DNA of 64,000 nt, from the NCBI GenBank assembly GCA_002500135.1, contig DLSM01000001.1, positions 16,629-80,628 of the forward strand. The letters are read 5' to 3'. The notes beneath the pieces were generated by a model. It saw only the letters and a list, made by a program, of their open reading frames with translations, had not been told where the DNA came from and searched no databases. The position numbers were made by a program, and so were the translations under genes. Source of the stretch: Christensenella sp. UBA7862 (lineage in GTDB: Bacteria > Bacillota > Clostridia > Christensenellales > UBA1242). How positions within the stretch are numbered: position 1 is the stretch's first letter; each line of letters starts with the position of its first letter. Positions 40,701 to 44,700 of this stretch are shown here, in pieces.

Positions 40701-41455
40701 ATGAAGTCTATAAAGATATCATCTACGAACGCCGTGGTCAATATGTCGGCTATGCAAAACGAGATAGTGTCATTATTGCAAAAGGAAGTGGCGAGAGCGA
40801 CATCTATAAGCCAGAAGTTAAGCAAATTGAAGGGGAAAAACCAGTAAATATTACATGGGCTGATAGAATAGATAATTTTAAAGAAAGTTATCTAACGGCT
40901 TATTACCAATTGTCGTGGGAATCAGCTACTTCGGCTGATGGAAAAGGCGGATATACAGCTAGGATTGCAAAAACTGTTTATAAGTATTCGTCAAAGATAG
41001 GAACTTCTGTTGGACTTGATATAAGCAGCGGTTCAGCTCCAGCTGATGAGAAGGGTACGATTAAAAAAGAGGATGAAGCATGGTATGACAACTCAGGGGC
41101 TTATGCGGAAGCTAGCGAGTATGCTCTTACATTCAGAACGGACAAAGGTCCAGATTGGATTTGCTATAATATTCCAGGCAAAGTCGTTTCAGGTTATTAC
41201 AACATGCAGTGTGATGCTGGAAGTGAATTGCCTTATGTTGGCGGTTCAACAATAGACGGTTCAGTTAAGGAGAACGTTAGAAACGCAAACGAAAAAGGCG
41301 ATGGAGATAATAAGTATATAACACAAACAACTCAGTCAGCCAACACCCTTCAAAGTCTTTATTCCTACAAGCGTAAGAGCGATACGGGGACGTCATGGGA
41401 TAGCGAAAAAATAGACCAAGAGATTAAGAAGTTTAATTTTGAAAAGGATTCTTAA
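16724..41455 (+). CDS. giant surface lipoprotein 1 (8,243 aa): Ig-like stalk plus multiple GLUG-like beta-helix cassettes
   Basis: A single stop-free frame of 24.7 kb in AT-rich DNA. AGGTG lies 6 nt before ATG 16724. Big_2-like segments include VATISQRGMVTTAASGESIVTLEI and IAEVTSDGNIVLKNAGYTTLKIVV. There are dozens of G-G-[ILV]-[AV]-G..N.G.I repeats, for example VGGIAGKSAGMINGI, VGGIVGFVSGGSVVNVSA and VGGVVGYGKNVTISHSYS. No LPXTG, HExxH or other catalytic motif was recognised. Confidence 0.85.
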   Translation: MKKFFVFMSIMLLSLSGVLVACGGGRYDDLNVSVVSIVTSENKNVQFSSKDGCYILEPGDKVTINAKATCSSEIAEDLLFDNYSPSSLVPDENVNRNAKTSYTFDVKAPSGEGVFKIVVRSRESDNGAKTLLFKAPDVPTQIAFKEGGVGVAYGSSVNIADAIKFSSKFSEKFPQYEVGDKNLRYEVVSALKNGSDEWELSYDGATGVFFAKIDGQDVEVFSIVNGKLEILDPRVYGEFEIVAKANNYVDNLPASASADRKQANEKLKTQATVSIVEPITVQNIQIKSGKSAGQINFSNIPQETKLSALLLNNFSGEWKDADNDSHFYNLENVTVSLRNKDAGKIDISALLESGMGSLSVDNSKEATELTSGGTVSGKEKSFTFSASGTAGTAFVDFVFTYQFGNKLEIKFSDLYEEYLKNLSEDVINYLKNLYGDSVFNKFVQFDVQSVPDGVSVYRENDRTALKENDIVAVFDRYNGTRGTKFEINIPFKKGTSDQDKKVKVYIKSENVASDFLEVSDYNGTINLKTEQVDGETIYYFERDLSVDTQNVFYVKAKQGSNFENKTFEVTVESLIETKIKLSNGQVVSSNSENGELKNKTFTFNIAPRKGVSEIAVKTMVASDNFPTLGEEGVYSKLVLQKQNGDAAKGTLIAYALDADPSSDITLSYDSNVVKVQAVSDVASGFFAGQFADGQNLAGVLSVIGLKKGESKVTLEADNGCKVVISVLVVESFDDDKVVLTVSGDSAIASNNLATNGSISVRVGEPFEVSYTVASAQDAVRSVAFLSSNEQVATISQRGMVTTAASGESIVTLEIKFYAFGINNGYDVWTERTCTRQVKVQAFVPAVSKTLSKTEIHVYDYNSLGGDLPSFDIQGKKDLSKVSFTINLEGKDGQVPTIVGTNYAEIKIASEDSRYIVGSLDGNVFSGVAYLPSGVTSKHVRIEVVIEEYGVKVSRFCDVYIEKAVMVDDIGVAVTENGTDLELETVENKSATLLATTKAGKTLTFETSILPQDARDKDLVVELFRATSGYDKGAKFVSLEEENLPKISYKGEEAYETIVRAGDNFNIFIDNASSGVFIVSISSADSVISETKEDTYYVRTYNKTLNIVVKIEDGKLVPYVIKNSDDLRELNNSDRNFVLGADISLANENWQPIQNFSGTLNGYSNGKYFKITGLTLNDVAGENVGLFATLENRVEGGETASDPIRNYYGSIMNLKLVVSQIVVTTSSTAANVGALVGLNKGLIVNCAVEVNNFKVTTTNAMNIGGMVGENNGVILSSEESFGKGNNSLEDETSQLGLLLDHYMRGETKDIRSLADFENLDYVSETVVKGNLEINATGAVNVGGIAGKSAGMINGIYGVFARKDELATSTSNAFATSYETEGVDSDVNINTTGGSISGENANVGGIVGFVSGGSVVNVSANGQIGYVQDNAVRGVNKNVGGVAGIIYGENNVKVNNVLTTVRVSGNDFVGGAVGKAQNATLDLVRVENNSGNLGALVVANSGTVGGVVGYGKNVTISHSYSQGYADSYNSTYIANGDLKVLSNATVGGIVGNAEDVSIENSFSTFNFVGTNNAAAINQSEGVNIQNVYYIGVGASSLCGTGKVANGFSFFVALEYKEGAAGVQLAVKASNLSGLNGGDDNYFVENETMRVVYPYAESEGNLDFESKVLAYTNKGEKYRLSRNIPTSISTKANNNSGVANFHETKWKLTFNTTESNFAKTKFFALQDESFQNGRMAIVANLSSEEERNTLSVQDLFDIIALPSGVKSAHLLLEMSRNNIAEVTSDGNIVLKNAGYTTLKIVVKENKSVSCEIDLYVVRNFDKLVLNSGITLAEDYIGKTTTVGTNVDVNVIATLCEYTKVTQDRVIYGILGNSQYVLTSVSSEGYSLRLDVYDAEGNRAAEYFNSASQEEKDNAVFVRSANSLKFLKVGVWTIKPVVEYARDGVEFEYICDDWTFYLNTISGATNITTRSESKEITLYGEVRNDNLSVVVTADSDEAPELEYDVLKLKSNGEYEKIDKTDAEFPFVLPEKDTETHSPFVTQKQGSGYIYQFSLILKEDVRNTSEISLYKLRIWDKQGALASRPAEIVVHVVPQVVDNISTTHYAYVDEIATISSGNVVEGYVYSYTDVPTNTLIAGEDGLLAIDISPYYANIKKVVVKSSCTDGTSRLGFMQLVKVTSTDGRDALVYAPMQQGIEDGALQLGLASYAKGDFTLNGNYASLTNAQYFFGPDESDSDVSNVARLYVKTLAPSDVSRDAKFRITIEITCEQADSENENLIETTSTSEHLFTIQSAYGVGMNITHEGTERKIIAYTGAGEEADWLDIEPITPNGAEATLSLEVEDASGNKIADEDVPSYATLETINGKTSLVLGESANVGQKINIKLTTNIKLDNVIVSYTHVETVNVVDAVINSISIGGAENGVIEMTSASIRVLSIDVEGFGKQETLENIEKLIAQSVFMVGEDREGKALYWFATVDGSKNEYNIDSSSFGDSLPFVVNKVIMGNSSSTRQSIDSNVLGYDGNSRIEFTYEPRVMYLQGSASSGKVDLRVEFSYVYKNGQIIPVPTSILQSDFVISAEATVVVSESLGEENLRPIETEADLRAMVAGGEYILMNDLTLTDWNPIAANFSSFDGNGKVITIKSFAYSTNATNSSIDLGLFSEISQNSLVKNVIVAYPDNMQGDLNGNFDGIDLSSYNAVNFGGFAAINNGIITNCDVISISSNGQVASNISSYNNASYALAIKINKTAKNANIAGFVAQNNGTITNSRVGRNNVMVFSKSSSGDATESPEKLSTVAPVLVMSVEGAGNVAGFVADNGGTISSSYANNLQMEVFSGSYGTKNIKTSGFVVSNDGFIHGSYVAGWEGVKKDGVQVVQEGQNNRKHGGGIYTNGIVSGFVYYNDGFVEDCYSNINISGEHTYAYVSNGLSSRIDAEQDINIPVASGFVYVMGEKATIRTSYSLSYVKSKSTNAHAMFQGCLNGVDVDSSRRPTQTSLKYGTIENCYFLMEKDDDVERSHERAIMLSTGDANEEEGDSATINEFISEGSFNGFAFDPDTLRASTYESSGGVWTIVKDGIYGYPELLSANNVTMSARVRGQTETEEGIVTKYYFNYIQGYDAGTVKNPYLVYSEDSYNNVFKSKQQESFDNNITSKFTGNIRLVKSFVMEKRSTYSSSVEYTSNQGSVSVFDGNYLTISNIDLGESAEDSFGLFKDIYGAGVKNLTLGVNSIVSGNCTAVGALAGVIIDSVISNITLVAMGSEDNWNITGNNYVGALAGAVISSTYSTTSATGTRFSRISNIRSNLSVTSSRTSSQGSQTRVITSTDLWEAIAPRNISTGGNYASASNLRLSNLPKNVYYAGGIAGVVSLSQRSSDRNSILMDKVNVDNVHVGSFVQNSKLSGASVDNNGNYNGNVNILSNYVGGLFGFVGEETYVENSSFIVGNNSTLTSSQVVGGLTGFNLGKISKSYVGFDKETTEKLNNHLIAVTTGGTNTDTFNGTLFGGTPEFVGGLVGINSSTTVYRSGSILDSYNRIDVRNIYATSLGGIVGASSSGTISNVYTTASLRANDDASKTHIGAIIGEVVDSETGYIKIVDKVGQDEAKLHLANIVALNIYNSDDFSRLVEFDSNGGKIGALYGFYSNQKTEDSEGIVDITSGDNGIYVNRFGLKNIGCDYVREIAIQFGDELGNSNFDLAKYKEKESEATIFEYWGVGEGGKKDTYLDKSLSEKILPDQFLKLFSTTLNANKAARDRYFSTDKWSREIWKYDAPNNSDDEYDVLPVLEYGFNAATEKIYTAEEFYNKLGAKNTAGKTYMIMRDIDFGSETSFRPITETFEGSLYGANITYTETVGSEVKVYRRKPILFNINLKSSNASEKYAMFISTRNATFSNFNVVVADYNVSYDYSGTKDGTQSFGAVLVASAENSTQINNVFVYGDLTGNYGRISSTTGSNDYTGTDADQIVVSQGAYYRGNALENYSNPYLVVGSGSGTTYVYNSTTLQFVDNENNFLKIGKSNTISTNATTFGTLVGTSANTVVNISHSSANLGLNVNYNGCKGSTARTVGGIAGSIKGELRNVVSKVDITVYDEQDIAISSLSVGGVAGSMLGRMENVYVNNRTINVGTSEHPFKTSSDVKTNAIYVGGLVGSADSYLANQGEESSRVGSASQIYANDMAINVYAKGNSYVAGAIAISTFNISKAEVKQSADENGNAKRSIALNCLSEMGTDDLYVLGGVVATSSAQDIRNVYSNVSLQLTGANFNTAIIGGIAGYLTGKSSYTFDSVVVDADSLKVLNGGKNVPKGAQIFVGGIVGKTEKDTDTISINKAISTADIICDQFASMSIGGFVAKVAKLKVSTSVVLGDITLNRVLGSTSNNDEITNNAADVVSLFLPESPTYIGGLVADCKVLDNASDTRNVLVASTIRDYAMGQKLNLYIGAVCGRQRDDDMAKVSTNLIVTCENIALVSNELSNVKNVSQTELSDDNGDGVFGEIYNDGLKGTQVDTNSKIYSKFYSKYADRAVGEAKVTTKEGSKLRPLPFDNATVLENNKYYILTKDVELEKSVPVKEYEITGGKTMLAVGWVLNAQGFEIIAKNGDKRIPVFDTITRNSAVSALMLNISGDIENTREDLFAPLANINEGFVYASSVVGKINTSLDVSSFVYTNNGVINKCFSMADINISSGAGGLVSANGTRTGDNYKIGNIYDSYYTGSIELTDTNNVTPVGTLAKLSSYGVISNSYTMADIAVAEGTTKYSATYPVASVTPLDGNSNWKATANFYRVYYDYIPYVAGNEGQNMSSISDRTVNSNFISSTGFYLWTVSFTGETNSTTQTANTSNATIAEMFQTHWIVPERDKSTGALKGELVDFFSYADGSSSAENTIGIDSTWFNYGYITKNYINVFSGTTRDKNISSESPFPKLVRKYFNSIYTGNGLADRLGNSYAPDVVNSLGGGVGPVSGGKVQGFENMPYSVKHAGLFDIFVSSNNIGTSPKYRYYRFTKTQVNFAKYSKVTYWSESWDNQSMEFYGNLDGAIDMDGNNTTQVVNMYSTNGLVRAIVAHDNQATIKVKKTGSDSEEDYNVATVVQNITFANSYSKTGLVAGVLDDENAIISNIGVVSENHVFNGNLANLFKANVAKINGNNFTEVKETEESTGKVIRQYYKLDDATVAKLKNDLGRDFGSLTIDKNTFEKKKSDAKNKNNNDMSIWVVNTQFFAAFFISEVKTETVGANFTLEESGESKVGTWTIVQGIDLNDLPKDDLLAYEGVSRSGGEALPSIITNRITNVTVKAKFINGESNYYLDPKNNLYSDIPAFAGGYIGLMQKGTISGIFSNKDSNLSVGAYDETSDSTSYSGGIVGIMTGGSIKFKEENGGRGVLRNVTVGGGMSINQVVQPRSYSGGVVGLLECELSNIEIQEGSNVKVYGIYGAGGIAGAVYGGKITNCVVAGENVVGIASRNFVSTNDKTYEQFLPAFKDTRMTQYGEMTSLKKDSAGKPDMNLISMSDVLASTVNLGGIVGFAKATAGATIIENCVFGRVSSDGKSAVQGSAKLSYEIKYLAGYYSIMVGGIVGNVVEANGAHVNISDCTYAGNIDMKSSQTILAGGIVGSMNGGTITSCKALQEARVETDIIWDLLNPWIVPEDVALDASKEKYVTRKDTWEKLKEYYKKAKNEFASDENLTFKKAIDIIYSYVQDTTGTINDALDDNKALNIKRSLTFVIDGYSVSGGIVGRIVKGDIGNANADNVTNAAFISAATRAGGIVGEATSSGSVIVIINAKNTGAVKANGKLKIYTSMSIGAGISLNVKSDIEGKIRGESENIITGDKGYFGEATGTDADGNKNQTKSGQALMGLRKIILGILTKKMEDKSAESFSIGGSFSEEAGASALLELALTASTVLEDGAAGGIVGAIECTGISQSNADVIIEKCNSEVKLNQTSGEEFKVNSIGGMFTEFSGGIAGLAVATTSSNNIVIRNCSSNSLVRGYMIRSFAGGIVGYMQKARVEDCVNYSDGVGALFSSIGNGDLWNDFKGTIGNIFNPAFYLSFPNVAGGIVGYLNDGRVINCSSGKTFISGATNYSFVMGLRVTGGIVGVMDGGSIEANWKKDENGKLSGGFTFNSGTVWALTGIAGGIVGVLNNGKIQSLGSNVDSNSIMKLLVKIVTEMSENNGEMPDLSTYALNGNGFVITSLTSIVIGSISGGCIGYLSGVSPAGTDTAKLSGMINLGYVFPNLAAFLYAPKVSGALTTLSGTTISQSVEDIGDDIQSLIDGKFTGPINKALDKSPKKYAHRFTVDVMIDDDPTSLIDIQLGGQFGLGFSFNSALFKPILSLLGDVGFDGGIPVSTYINGVVVNQYNYTIKSKSTNYSSSDSIDSRLNYLDTIVAFTDEDLAAIKEENETGTDVGKLGGGASGGIVGMVRTSQPITFSLCLSFGIKLAGVNPGEPWTTILSAFQSGVIASSGSAGGIIGAVINQQFGSEKFKSNGKDVNGKDVSYEHDLKKAVSSEGNIIVTLSSNFATVMGDENAGGIIGYASKCAKIVSFNEKEPLYGIVANYGSISGSYAAGGLIGLADGASVNDNHVEAALSSHEISIRTTWDGQTKWESPSITTPDLSNWAIFRATNSGQVAHAKYSGGGIGKMSKGSQMYMTTVAGSAFAYLTNPVGFLLGGQITISSPQFAGGLAGTVKEGAMISGSCAVGTDSKETSSFFSPAITIFAGKCDEPNGTNATQSITSNNPIVGDGETSGGESGGSTGGESGSSEPTISEPASGEEVVTTNGYAGGAVGVYGGGNIGGITGVRTNTNVKSVVIANCVNVGGFTRSYNLLGKTVEYEVLKSAYVGGAIGYLTSPIKDVEANLEVGDKTVTKIYSRVNVDVRSQSIQNGMIATGGYIGCVEFDSSITDTDKRTLSLNFIFGSGTNGKNVKVTAGKGGAAGGVIGELNNAILKNVVSQAQVIPKEDSVVGGIVGRMVGNSQISDCYVLQIAETSSSVWTYYGYEGSGVDLGEYKLQDAKKLRGDSALFEKVNANINEWVNGSHKVNVGGENTAVENKVVHTSKAFVKKLATALSSYSSNGNFGVGTASDSNGTYYVLTKSYDVVTSKDPVYDVEFGVMEKGQVEEKDENGNATGKYEEGDVFVPRSVKFSVESTFEVVDTQLVGDANGSIISGAIAGGAVGSLEDTSVIATNVYVDTTVSQAEAVGGLVGVAKGGTIGQATKDSDTDPFIVGGTIANSTYGGGLAGKIDGGVTINKALIRQIKPIKGEVQGTGGLIVRGKGGKDIMGAGAYAGIMLSGSLSAATQNAVTIVESYDGEFNVGGTYQTEIYGKKIVGGAVAWLAGGSIEGCSFANGGTSYNEATTISVGGNSVVTGGNYKIYNNGYDENVNSLDDMIKHAHEVAAGGLVGKMTGGSLVGGTAPDISGINVGGLVGYLGKDRDSNGTDKGYTRAPNSGETGGQFGIVYDDNKEPEIGDAKGEATPTGGNVRLTGKGFAGAYVGVMNGGVINSVKSADGSKVTAEKTGNSFENTETYLGGAIGAIVGVTSDVKSGNFQANVVEGGEFAGGLAGYFSANASWELTGTFGLEKISGACYVGGRFGRVDEGIFDTVNLTLSTAKMPSQVEGETLQGEYVGGIIGYIGGDDKKTVEFGSESGMTISSHLKMKATVAAGIIVGAIGQNAQVKLNSCEFSLSVDMESSGDVSAEYFGGFAGMVEGGAKLGSASDTEKAKVKTKILTYAKRTADGKTEQSKPEIHDSFGGVVGLVESGAYMFNIIAMNFDEAYNEEKINYNFGGIAGINKGTIGQCESQISTEGKGIELTKTGLSVGGIVAVNEGGAVIDVKNIAQFGVLNESNPVFFGGLVGTMKGGAIVNSENNGELTGLGKEIYVGGLVGYAATADASKNEIVGSKNTAAINAQYDMNAKTSDSSSSETGGTSSGTATSNGNNPSKEKPTWETNNISSTISGNNVSAIQSALDEIYKGAIGGLIGKATSAYIDENSSSTTDINGYAYYKQNAEKDKDKSFDDDKDEVYKDIIYERRGQYVGYAKRDSVIIAKGSGESDIYKPEVKQIEGEKPVNITWADRIDNFKESYLTAYYQLSWESATSADGKGGYTARIAKTVYKYSSKIGTSVGLDISSGSAPADEKGTIKKEDEAWYDNSGAYAEASEYALTFRTDKGPDWICYNIPGKVVSGYYNMQCDAGSELPYVGGSTIDGSVKENVRNANEKGDGDNKYITQTTQSANTLQSLYSYKRKSDTGTSWDSEKIDQEIKKFNFEKDS

Positions 41456-41470
41456 TTTCTTCGCTAAAAA

Positions 41471-41515
41471 AATGACCTTGAGCGGGTAACTCGCCCGCTT
41501 GAGGAGTCATTTTGA
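41471..41515 (+). terminator. long rho-independent terminator hairpin after giant gene 1
   Basis: AATGA-CCTTGAGCGGG ... CCCGCTTGAGG-(AG)-TCATT gives an 11-bp core stem with two G-U pairs, plus 5 more bp across a 2-nt bulge. It is followed by TTTTG. Confidence 0.65.
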
Positions 41516-41516
41516 A

Positions 41517-41593
41517 ATGCACAAAAAATGCACAAAAAATGCACAAAAAATGCACAAAAAATGCACAAAAAATGCACAAAAAATGCACAAAAA
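41517..41593. repeat. seven perfect tandem copies of the 11-bp unit ATGCACAAAAA (phased A6 tracts)
   Basis: Counted directly: copies start at 41517, 41528, 41539, 41550, 41561, 41572 and 41583. The array lies between the terminator of giant gene 1 and the start region of giant gene 2. Confidence 0.95.
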
Positions 41594-41638
41594 ACAAAGA
41601 AAAATTAAACAAAATTAAGGATACTTGAGAAAAGGATA

Positions 41639-41668
41639 TTGAAATACAAAAGATAAATTTTACATAAA
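41639..41668 (+). promoter_or_regulatory. weak sigma-A-type promoter candidate for giant gene 2
   Basis: TTGAAA (41639-41644), 18-nt spacer, CATAAA (41663-41668). This is the best match I could find between the repeat array and the AGAGGAAG ribosome-binding region. Confidence 0.3.
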
Positions 41669-41699
41669 TTTTAATTCCAGATTGAAAGAGGAAGAAGAA

Positions 41700-41768
41700 A
41701 TGAAAAAGATTTTTAGCAAGATAATGATTTTTTTGCTGATAGTGTCTTCGCTTGTAATTTTCGGTTGC
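41700..41768 (+). other. lipoprotein signal peptide and lipobox of giant protein 2
   Basis: MKKIFSKIMIFLLIVSSLVIFGC with lipobox I-F-G-C. The Cys codon TGC is at 41766-41768. Confidence 0.75.
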
Positions 41769-44700
41769 AAGGAAAGATATGGGGATTTGAGAATGTCCCT
41801 AAATTTTTGCTTCACTTCTTTTTCCTCCAGAACTTTGGAAGACGGCACAAAGCGTTGGACAAATGCGAGTGACAATTCTGTGGTTGATGAAAACTTGGAC
41901 GGGTCTTACACATTATATATTTATGGCAATACGCAAGGCTCGGCTTACATTGACGCAACATTCACAGGCACTCCAGATGACTTCAACAGCGACATCGGTG
42001 TCAGTCTTTCAAATCCAATTTTGACAGTTGGCAAAAAACAATATATTGACGGTGGCATAAGATTTTCCGTCACACCAAATCAAGAGGGTTCAACTGTTTT
42101 GACAGTTTTAAGTGCTGAAGGGAACAAGCAACGAAGTGTAAATATTTCAGTTGCACAAGTGCCTACTGCACTCAGATTTAAGGAAAGCAAAATTGCACTT
42201 TCCTACAAAGGTGGCACAACAACAAACTTAGCAGACGGTCTTGAAAACAACTTGAGTTTTGGTATGAGAAATGTCGCTTTTGAACTTGGCGAGTTGTCTG
42301 GCGAAGGCGAAACATTGCTTGACAGATTTACTCCATTTTCTTCCATTCAACTTGCAGCCAAAAACATATCCTTAAATGCAGGCGTTTTGACACTGCTTGA
42401 AGATTATGACTTGCAAGAGAATGGTGAAATTTATGTAAGGGCAACTTATTCAAATCCACTTGGCGACGACTTGGTGCAACTTCAACAGATTGAATTTTTG
42501 CCACAAATATCTAACTTTGAAATCTATACTTTTGACGAAGCTTCATCAAACGGGCTTGGCTCGAAAGTTGGGGATAGCAATAACATTCTATCCACTATAA
42601 ATTTTGTAACAAACATTGCCATAACTCACAAAGATTTTGTTTTGCGAGTTGACACAAATGGCAAAAAACTTAACATTTCTAGCGTTGAGGACTCACTTTG
42701 CCCATTCACTGTGAGTGTTCAACCAAATTATGAAAACTATGGCTTGACCTTTGGACAAAACAGTTTGCCTATAAGATATTTCAATGCAGACGGCGAAATT
42801 ACAACAGAAGGAAATATCTCTCACTCGACTTATGCACTCTGCTACATAAGGCTTGTTCCTTCAAAAGTTAAGTCAACCGAAGGCTCAGCAAACTATCCAC
42901 AAGGAACATATGACATGCTTTTCCGTTGTGAATATGTGGACTATGCAAACGAAGAATTTGCAACCTCTGCAACTCTCAGAACAAAATGTTATACAGTCGT
43001 AAATAACTACGCAGCAAATGGAAACATTTTGCAAAACAACAACATTGAAGGAAACTTTGTTGAAGACAACTGCTTTGCCGCTGAACTCATGACAAACTTT
43101 GACGCTTCACTTGGTGTTAAAATTTCTCTTACAGTTGGTGAACCACTAAATGTTTTAAGCAACAGAACGGCATTTCAAATTAAATTCTATAAACGTCAAG
43201 CGGGAAGTTCCACTATTTCAAAACTTTCTGAAGACGAAGTGCTAAATATGTTCCAAATCTCAATGGACGCAGAGGGAAACTTGCTTCAATCGGGCTTTGA
43301 GGGACATAGATTCCTTGCTGGGACAAACTTCTATTTTAAGATAAAAGAAGCGGGCGAAGCGTTTATTGGTGATGATGTGTTTATGCAAGTTGTGTCTTGC
43401 GAAGAACAATCTAGTGCAGAATGTGTCATAAAACTTTCGCTTTTTCAAGGCATAAGCGAAATAACGGGCTATGACCTTGTTTTAAGAAGCAGAGAAATTG
43501 ACGAAACAACGGGCGACTATATTATTTATGACAGACAAAATGTAACCTTTGAAAACGCAAAGGCTTCATTGGACCTTGACTTGTCAAAAGATTATATTGC
43601 AATCTTAACACTCAATGTTTTTCCACTTGATGCAACATTAAGCAATGTTTATGTTTCTTCACTTAGAGATAATGTCGTTTTGGCAAAAGTTGAGGGCGGC
43701 AAAATTATTCTTGACCCACAAAGCGTTGGCAAAAATGTTGCGATTTCTCTTGGCTCGTCAAATTTAAGACAAACTTACTCGCTTGAAGTAAATGTGTATT
43801 ATCCTGTTGTCAGCATGGACGCAGAAATTGTGGATATTTCTTCAAACAGCAGCATTGGCGACTACACCATTGGCACAAGAAATATTTACGCAAAAGTCAA
43901 AGCAAAAGAACAAGTCAATTTCCTTTTGACCACAAGACCATATGACGCAACAAGATATGACATGACCTACACTGTTTTTGATATAACAAGTGGCAAAGAC
44001 ATGCAAGTCAAAACTCCTTATACAGTTTATCATGACGGCAGAACAACTGGCTCAAGCAAAATCTCTGACGATTACTTTGAACTTAATTGCAAAGCAAACG
44101 CTTTTATGTTTACAAGCGACCTTTCAAACGGGAAAACTTATGTCGTTCAATTTAAACTAGAAAACCTTGACGGGACAACCTTAGAGTGGACTTTTACATT
44201 GTCCTCCTATGTTCCAGTTGAAGAGATTGATATAAATCTTTCACGAGTTGAAGTTTTTGACCCACAAAGCGTGGCTTATGAACAAAAACTTGAGTCGGGC
44301 ATAACCTTTGACCCAACAAACCCACCAGAAAATGTTTTTGGCTTTGACGTCAAAGTTAACAAAACTTCGGGCAGAACGCCAACAAAAACTTTTGAAGAAA
44401 AATCATATATAACAATAAGAATTGACGGAAACATTGATAGCATTTATGAAGTGACAAATGGCACAATGGCCAAAACCTCTGGAGATAATAGCGTTTTAAA
44501 ACTTCTTTTTGAAGGCGTTTTCGGTGGAAAATATTGGTTTGAACTTCAAGATAACACAAAAAATATCTCGACAATTCAAATTGAAGTTAAGATTGTTGAA
44601 TTTAGACAAAGCCATTTTGCAAGAAAAAATATCTCCATTTTGAAACACGAGCAAGTGTCAGACATTTATACAGACGGACAAACAACTTTGCGTCTTAGAG

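Noticed and set aside
41517-41620. Each 11-bp repeat unit contains ATG, giving a possible ~33-aa peptide (MHKKCTKNAQK repeated).
   Set aside because: No Shine-Dalgarno precedes any of the ATGs, and the first ATG lies directly against the terminator U-tract. An 11-bp unit is not a multiple of 3. The peptide repeat is therefore a by-product of the DNA repeat.
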